A program made the translations under genes and the position numbers. DNA of 28,906 bases from Verrucomicrobiota bacterium (GTDB taxonomy: Bacteria; Verrucomicrobiota; Verrucomicrobiia; Verrucomicrobiales; DEV007): contig JASFYY010000097.1 in the NCBI GenBank assembly GCA_045046875.1, positions 1 through 28,906 of the forward strand, given 5' to 3'. Below, piece by piece: positions 23,839 through 28,906 of the stretch; positions within the stretch are counted from its first letter, which is position 1; every line of letters starts with the position of its first letter. Below the pieces are notes generated by a model that was not told where the DNA came from, searched no databases, and saw only the letters and a program-made list of their open reading frames with translations.

Positions 23839-25341
23839 ATGAACCGTGAAAAAATGCTTAGCCAAATCGAGGATTCCTCGATCAAATGGGATATCGTCAT
23901 CATCGGCGGCGGAGCCACAGGTCTGGGCTGCGCCGTGGATGCCGCAGCCCGGGGACTGCGCACACTTTTACTTGAACAAGGCGATTTTTCCCAAGGAACT
24001 TCTTCACGCAGCACCAAACTGATCCATGGTGGTGTGCGCTACCTGCAACAGGGTGACATTCCCATGGTGCGGGATTCGCTGCGTGAGCGAGGTCATTTGT
24101 TGAAAAATGCCCCCCATCTGGTCAACCCGCTGCCTTTTGTGATTCCCGCCTATCGCTGGTATGAGCCTTATTATTATACCTTTGGCATGAAAGCCTACGA
24201 CATGCTCTCTGGCAAACTCGGCATCGATCCTTCGCTGCTGCTGTCCAGAGATGACGTTATCGAAAAATTTCCCAACTTGAAAAACGACGGTCTGACCGGT
24301 GGCACCCTGTATTGGGATGCCCAGTTTGATGATGCCCGTATGGTCGTCGCCCTGGCTCGCACCGCGGCCAACGAAAATGCCTGCGTATTGAACTATCTCA
24401 AAGTGGACAGCTTACAAAAAGAGAACGATCAAATCACCGGACTGGTGGCGACCGATCAACTTTCCGGTGAGGAATACACCATCAATGCCAAAGCAGTGAT
24501 CAACGCCACCGGCATATTCGCCGATTCCATTCGCCAACTCGATGATGACAAGGCAAGTGAAATCATCGAACCCAGTCAGGGCATCCATATTATATTAGAT
24601 GCATCCTTCCTCTCCACCGACCACGCCATCATGATCCCGAAAACGGATGACGGGCGAGTGCTTTTTGCCATCCCCTGGCACGGACATCTGATGTTCGGCA
24701 CCACCGACACCCCCGATGTGCCGATCGAACTGGAACCCAAACCACTTGAAGAAGAAATCGAATACCTGATTGAACACGCTGGTCGTTACTTGCAGAAAGC
24801 ACCGACCCGGGCCGATGTATTGTCGGTATTTGCCGGCATCAGACCGCTGGTGCGTCCCGCCCATGCCAAAGGCGGTGCTACTTCCAAAATATCACGGGAT
24901 CATCACATCGATGTGTCCGCTGCAGGTCTGATCACCATCGTTGGCGGCAAGTGGACCACCTACCGCCACATGGCCGAAGACACGATTGATCAAGCAATCA
25001 AATCCGCATCCCTACCTGCCAAAGCCTGCCCCACTCTCGATCTGGAAATCCACCGCAGCGCCGAACGCGAACCGCTCGCTCAAGAGCACGCCGAACTGAA
25101 CGAAGTGTTGCATCCCGAGTTTGAATACAAAAAAGCAGCCATTGTCGCCGCCGCCAGACATGAAATGGCACAGACGCTCGACGATGCGCTCTCACGCCGC
25201 ACCCGCTGTCTGCTGCTCAACAAAAAAGCCACTCTCGAAGCCGCTCCCGAAGCTGCCAGGTTAATGGCCGAAGAACTAGGGAAAGATCAAGTCTGGATCG
25301 ACGAACAAATCGCCCTGATTTCCAAATCCTGCAAACCTTAG
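23839..25341 (+). CDS. glpD: FAD-dependent glycerol-3-phosphate dehydrogenase
   Basis: DIVIIGGGATGLGCAVDAAARGL, GTSSRSTKLIHGGVRYL, FDDAR, GTTD, SRDH and GGKWTTYRHMAED. Confidence 0.95.
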   Translation: MNREKMLSQIEDSSIKWDIVIIGGGATGLGCAVDAAARGLRTLLLEQGDFSQGTSSRSTKLIHGGVRYLQQGDIPMVRDSLRERGHLLKNAPHLVNPLPFVIPAYRWYEPYYYTFGMKAYDMLSGKLGIDPSLLLSRDDVIEKFPNLKNDGLTGGTLYWDAQFDDARMVVALARTAANENACVLNYLKVDSLQKENDQITGLVATDQLSGEEYTINAKAVINATGIFADSIRQLDDDKASEIIEPSQGIHIILDASFLSTDHAIMIPKTDDGRVLFAIPWHGHLMFGTTDTPDVPIELEPKPLEEEIEYLIEHAGRYLQKAPTRADVLSVFAGIRPLVRPAHAKGGATSKISRDHHIDVSAAGLITIVGGKWTTYRHMAEDTIDQAIKSASLPAKACPTLDLEIHRSAEREPLAQEHAELNEVLHPEFEYKKAAIVAAARHEMAQTLDDALSRRTRCLLLNKKATLEAAPEAARLMAEELGKDQVWIDEQIALISKSCKP

Positions 25342-25371
25342 TTTTTCCCTAACCGCATTCCCCCAAGCACT

Positions 25372-26106
25372 GTGCAAAAAACAATCAACGGTCTGCTGTT
25401 CCTAGTTCTAGGCACAGGTTTCTGTTATTTTTTCTACGTGCTGCTCAGTCACGACTACCAGTGGGACAAAATTTACCCCTACCGTTGGAATCTGCTGCGC
25501 GGTTGGGGCACCACCATTACTATCAGCGCTTTTGCCCTGGTCTTGAGCAGCTTGATTGGCGCCCTGTTAGTCATCGGGCAGCTCGGCAAAAGCCGTCCCA
25601 CCCGTATTCTATCCCAGCTTTACGTAGAACTCATCCGCAGCACCCCGCTGCTGGTTCAGATTCTCATTATATATTACATGATCGCCCATGCCGCCGGCTT
25701 GCAAAGTGAATGGCTCGTTGGCGTGCTGGTATTATCCCTGTTTTCAGGAGCCTATCTCAGCGAGATTTTTCGTGGCGGCATCCAATCGATTCCCAAATCC
25801 CAAATCGAATCCGCCCGCTCAATCGGTCTAACCGGAATCCAGATCTATCGTTTTGTCATCATCCCCCAGGCGATACGCCGCATCCTTCCGGCAGTGACCG
25901 GACAGTTTGCCAATCTGATCAAAGACTCATCTCTGTTATATGTCATCGGCCTGCGTGAGTTCATGATGCAGGCCAAAGAAGTCAATGCGATGACCTATGC
26001 CACCTTCGAGTCCTACATCCCGCTGGCCATCGGCTACCTCATCCTAACCCTTCCACTGTCACTCTTATCCCGACATTTGGAGAAACGTTTTCACTATGAA
26101 CATTGA
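25372..26106 (+). CDS. Polar amino-acid ABC transporter permease (HisM/GlnP family)
   Basis: YVELIRSTPLLVQI, AYLSEIFRGGIQSIPKSQIESARSIGL (EAA loop), IIPQAIRRILP and LIKDSSL. Confidence 0.93.
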   Translation: MQKTINGLLFLVLGTGFCYFFYVLLSHDYQWDKIYPYRWNLLRGWGTTITISAFALVLSSLIGALLVIGQLGKSRPTRILSQLYVELIRSTPLLVQILIIYYMIAHAAGLQSEWLVGVLVLSLFSGAYLSEIFRGGIQSIPKSQIESARSIGLTGIQIYRFVIIPQAIRRILPAVTGQFANLIKDSSLLYVIGLREFMMQAKEVNAMTYATFESYIPLAIGYLILTLPLSLLSRHLEKRFHYEH

Positions 26107-26830
26107 ACTGCGCCAGATAAACAAACGTTATGGCGACACTCACGCCCTGCGTGAGTTGGATCTATCCATCAGCGATCCAGTCAACGTGCTGGTTTTGATC
26201 GGCCCCTCCGGAGGGGGGAAATCCACTCTGATGCGTCTGTTGGGGGGCTTGGAGTCTCCCGACGGTGGCGAGTTGTTTTTTGACCAAAAAAAACTAATCC
26301 AAAATGAAAGTGCTCTGTTAAGCCATCGGCGCCACAACGGTTATTTGTTTCAGTCCTACAATCTCTTTCCCCACCTGAGCGCGATAGAAAATGTTGCGCT
26401 GCCTCTGGTCCGGGTGCACGGGAAAAAAACAAGCGAAGCCCGCAACCTTGCCGAGATCGCCCTGGCCCAATTCCAATTGGAAAAACACGCCCACAAACAC
26501 CCGGCGCAACTGTCGGGCGGCCAGCAACAGCGCGTAGCGATCGCCCGGGCTCTTGCTATCAAACCCAAACTGCTGTTGCTCGACGAACCCACCTCCGCCC
26601 TCGACCCGGAGATGACAGCGGAAGTTCTCAGCGTCATCGAGGAGCTCACCCGCAGCGGGCAACAAATTATTCTCTCCACACACGAAATGGGATTCGCCCG
26701 TGCCGTGGCTGAGCAAGTTGTATTCCTTTCCGAAGGATCGATTATCGAACAAGGCCCTCCTGCAGCTCTTTTTGACCAGGCGCAAAATGCCCAAGTTAAA
26801 AGCTTCTTCAGCAAAGTGATGCGTTACTGA
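26096..26830 (+). CDS. Polar amino-acid ABC transporter ATP-binding protein (GlnQ family)
   Basis: GPSGGGKST, FQSYNLFPH, LSGGQQQRVAIARAL, LLLDEPTSALDPE and THEMGFAR. Confidence 0.95.
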   Translation: MNIELRQINKRYGDTHALRELDLSISDPVNVLVLIGPSGGGKSTLMRLLGGLESPDGGELFFDQKKLIQNESALLSHRRHNGYLFQSYNLFPHLSAIENVALPLVRVHGKKTSEARNLAEIALAQFQLEKHAHKHPAQLSGGQQQRVAIARALAIKPKLLLLDEPTSALDPEMTAEVLSVIEELTRSGQQIILSTHEMGFARAVAEQVVFLSEGSIIEQGPPAALFDQAQNAQVKSFFSKVMRY

Positions 26831-26857
26831 AAAGTTCAGCAAAAACAGCTGACCTGT

Positions 26858-27766
26858 TCAAACCTTGGGTTTGATTTTGTCCAACAACCGTTCAGTCTTG
26901 GCCAACAGCTTATTGCTTTTGCCTTCCTGACCATGCTCCTTGAGAAGCTCCGCGTAATTCTGAGTCACAATCTCGTAAGTCTCCCAGTTGTCCTCGATGT
27001 TCTTAGAGAGAATACCCAAAGCCCGCTCGTAATTCCTGCTCGCTTTGTCAAAATCACCCAGATCATGATAGACGGTAGCCAGATTGCAGGCTGATTGGCC
27101 AATATCGGGATGATCGTCAGACAGCATTTCCCGGCGAATTTTCAAAGCCCGTAAATGCATGTCACGAGCCATCTCGGGATGACGCCATGCCCAATAGAGT
27201 CCACCCAGATTATTGCAAACCGTGGCCACGGTCAGATGATCGGGGCCATTCATTTGCTCAAAAGTCTGCAAGGCCACATCGTAACAACGCTCGGCCAAAT
27301 CCAGTTTGGTCTGATTGCGGTAAATCATGCCAAGGTTGTTCGCCATGTTGGCAATATCCGTCAAAGGGGGAGCCGGAGTCAGTTTGTAGTGTTCGATCGC
27401 CTCGGTGTATAAAGGGATCACTTCCTCTTCCATCCCCCGCTGGTCACATAACGCACCGTAGGCATGTTTCATTGCCCCCATATCTTCATGGGAAATCAAA
27501 ACGCCCTCTTGCTTGGTGAGTTCAAAAGCTTCGCCGAACAAATTTGAAGCTTCTTCCACATCCCCTCGCTTTTTGCGCAGTGCAGCAATATGACAAAACA
27601 ATGCAAACAGCTCTGGAGCATGTTCTTTATCACCCTTGCCATTTCGACGCGCAGATTCGAGCGCCGTCTGCGCGATCTTAAAGGCTTCTTCTATTTTACC
27701 CTCGTCAAACAATGTTTGAGCCCGGTCGCGTAATACGCGTATCAACTTAGCTTGTCCCGAAGTCAT
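26858..27766 (-). CDS. Tetratricopeptide repeat protein (42-residue kinesin-light-chain-like TPRs)
   Basis: Repeats ANMANNLGMIY, DHLTVATVCNNLGGLY and DHPDIGQSACNLATVY. Confidence 0.9.
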   Translation of the reverse strand: MTSGQAKLIRVLRDRAQTLFDEGKIEEAFKIAQTALESARRNGKGDKEHAPELFALFCHIAALRKKRGDVEEASNLFGEAFELTKQEGVLISHEDMGAMKHAYGALCDQRGMEEEVIPLYTEAIEHYKLTPAPPLTDIANMANNLGMIYRNQTKLDLAERCYDVALQTFEQMNGPDHLTVATVCNNLGGLYWAWRHPEMARDMHLRALKIRREMLSDDHPDIGQSACNLATVYHDLGDFDKASRNYERALGILSKNIEDNWETYEIVTQNYAELLKEHGQEGKSNKLLAKTERLLDKIKPKV

Positions 27767-27908
27767 ATTTTTCGATTCAAATCGATTTACATTAAAGACA
27801 AATTAAACACAAGGTTTTGCCATTCGCAAGATCAGGCAAGTACCTATTTTGTATTTAATTGAGGGCTCCCGGGTCTCATTCAATCCAGGAATCACTCTAA
27901 AAAACCAT

Positions 27909-28451
27909 TCAATCTTGAATCTTCAAAGTGCTGCCACCTGATTTAGGGGCGCTTGAAGCAGGGGGCTTAGCGGCAGCTGAAGGACGCCTGAAACCACTCG
28001 CTGCGGGTGCCGGGGTGGCTGGGGCGGGAGCCGCTTTTGCCGCCGGAACCGCTGCAGGCGCCGCCTTAACAGCAGCGCCCTCTTTTGATGGAACTTTCAA
28101 GGTCTGTCCGGCGCGAATATTGTCACCGGTAAGTTGATTGATACGTTTGAGACGCCCAATCGAGCTTTGGTGATTTTTAGCAATCAACCACAGGCTGTCA
28201 CCGGTTTTAACTGTGTAATTGATAGTTGGCCCGATTTCTTCAGGAGTTAATGGCGGCAAAGGTTCCGCTGGCACGGCAGGAACTGCAGCTGTGGCTGCTG
28301 CCGCAGGCATCGCATTGCCCCCGTCCGTTGCAGTAGTCCCGCTAGGATAAGCCGTTCCCGAATCATAGTTTTTATCCTTGCTCGAACACGCCATGGTAAG
28401 CACCGCCATGCCTGTCAGGATAACTCCTCCAAATTTTGTAGATTTCTGCAT
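27909..28451 (-). CDS. LysM peptidoglycan-binding lipoprotein with Ala/Pro-rich linkers
   Basis: Lipobox-like LTMAC and LysM domain YTVKTGDSLWLIAKNHQSSIGRLKRINQLTGDNIRAGQTLKVP. Confidence 0.9.
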   Translation of the reverse strand: MQKSTKFGGVILTGMAVLTMACSSKDKNYDSGTAYPSGTTATDGGNAMPAAAATAAVPAVPAEPLPPLTPEEIGPTINYTVKTGDSLWLIAKNHQSSIGRLKRINQLTGDNIRAGQTLKVPSKEGAAVKAAPAAVPAAKAAPAPATPAPAASGFRRPSAAAKPPASSAPKSGGSTLKIQD

Positions 28452-28571
28452 AATAAGCCAATAGCAGATTTATCCGCAAAGCGGAAGCGAAATTTTCAGC
28501 TTCTATACGAAGAACCAAACAGGTTAGCCATTGACTATTGAAAGCTACCTTATCACATATCAACATCATTC

Positions 28572-28825
28572 CGCCCTTTTAGGGCTTGGCAATAAAACCA
28601 ATTTAACCTCAGGACTTGGCACTGGGCTATCTCATTTTGCCCTTACAGGACAGTTTGCTTTCATCTCTTCTGCACCAACGGTGCTCAATGATACAGCCCA
28701 GACCTCTTCTGCACCAACGGTGCTCAATGATACAGCCCAGACCTCTTCTGCACCAACGGTGCTCAATGATATAGCCCAGTGCGAAGCGCTGGGTAAACCA
28801 TCCAATTCTCCCAGCCCTGAAAGGC
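28572..28825. repeat. Inverted pair of composite hairpin modules (REP/BIME-like)
   Basis: The reverse complement of 28607-28636 (aatgagatagcccagtgccaagtcctgagg) matches 28765-28794 (aatgatatagcccagtgcgaagcgctgggt) at 24/30. Both arms end in AGCCCTRAAAGG. Confidence 0.7.
28665..28779. repeat. 39-bp tandem repeat x3 with an internal hairpin
   Basis: Unit ctcttctgcaccaacggtgctcaatgatacagcccagac starts at 28665, 28704 and 28743; the third copy has one substitution and is 37 bp. Each contains GCACC-aac-GGTGC. Confidence 0.92.
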
Positions 28826-28906
28826 ATACGCGTCAACTTAAGTGGCTTTTTTTTCTTTTTTAGAGAGCAACGATTTACTAGGCTTTACGCGTTTCAATAT
28901 AAAGGT

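Noticed and set aside
106..28569. Numerous 60-200 aa overlapping or antisense ORFs in the track
   Set aside because: They are shadows of longer genes that have clear family motifs, and none has a recognisable domain.
28665..28779. Possible CRISPR array (palindromic ~37-bp repeat x3)
   Set aside because: The units are head-to-tail with no unique spacers, and there are no cas genes in the window.
28531..28863. 110-aa ORF with SSAPTVLNDTAQT repeats and the antisense 69-aa ORF
   Set aside because: The peptide repeat follows simply from the 39-bp DNA repeat. It has a TTG start, no recognisable domain, and lies over a hairpin repeat element.

Overview
This is a bacterial window of about 50% GC, most likely from the PVC superphylum and probably Verrucomicrobiota. 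That placement is inferred from the DUF1501/PSD1 gene pair, the GntR-LacI hybrid regulator and the SD-poor, C-rich leaders. Bases 1-16781 hold a catabolic-looking locus: the 3' end of a BNR sialidase-family gene, an AraR-like regulator with a perfect 23-bp palindrome beside it, and a divergent run of ten + strand genes. Those ten are a PhyH dioxygenase, an RraA/HMG-type aldolase, six exported glycan or acyl-processing proteins, an amidohydrolase fused to a class-III aminotransferase, and a divergent class-IV aminotransferase. I propose this as a candidate uncharacterised pathway for breaking down N/O-acylated amino-ulosonic (nonulosonic-acid-like) sugars; the substrate is a hypothesis. Bases 16993-23805 (- strand) carry DUF5916/CBM9 outer-membrane, PSD1 cytochrome c and DUF1501 genes. 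After them come glpD, an amino-acid ABC permease and ATPase with no binding protein, a TPR protein and a LysM lipoprotein. Short repeats are unusually varied: GTAG-type REP doublets (one in frame inside a signal peptide), a CACTGAT x3 inverted-repeat element, a 7/8-mer CCTA tract, and an inverted hairpin module with a 39-bp triplication. No rRNA, tRNA, CRISPR array or transposase was found. Family calls come from reading motifs by eye, not from database searches.
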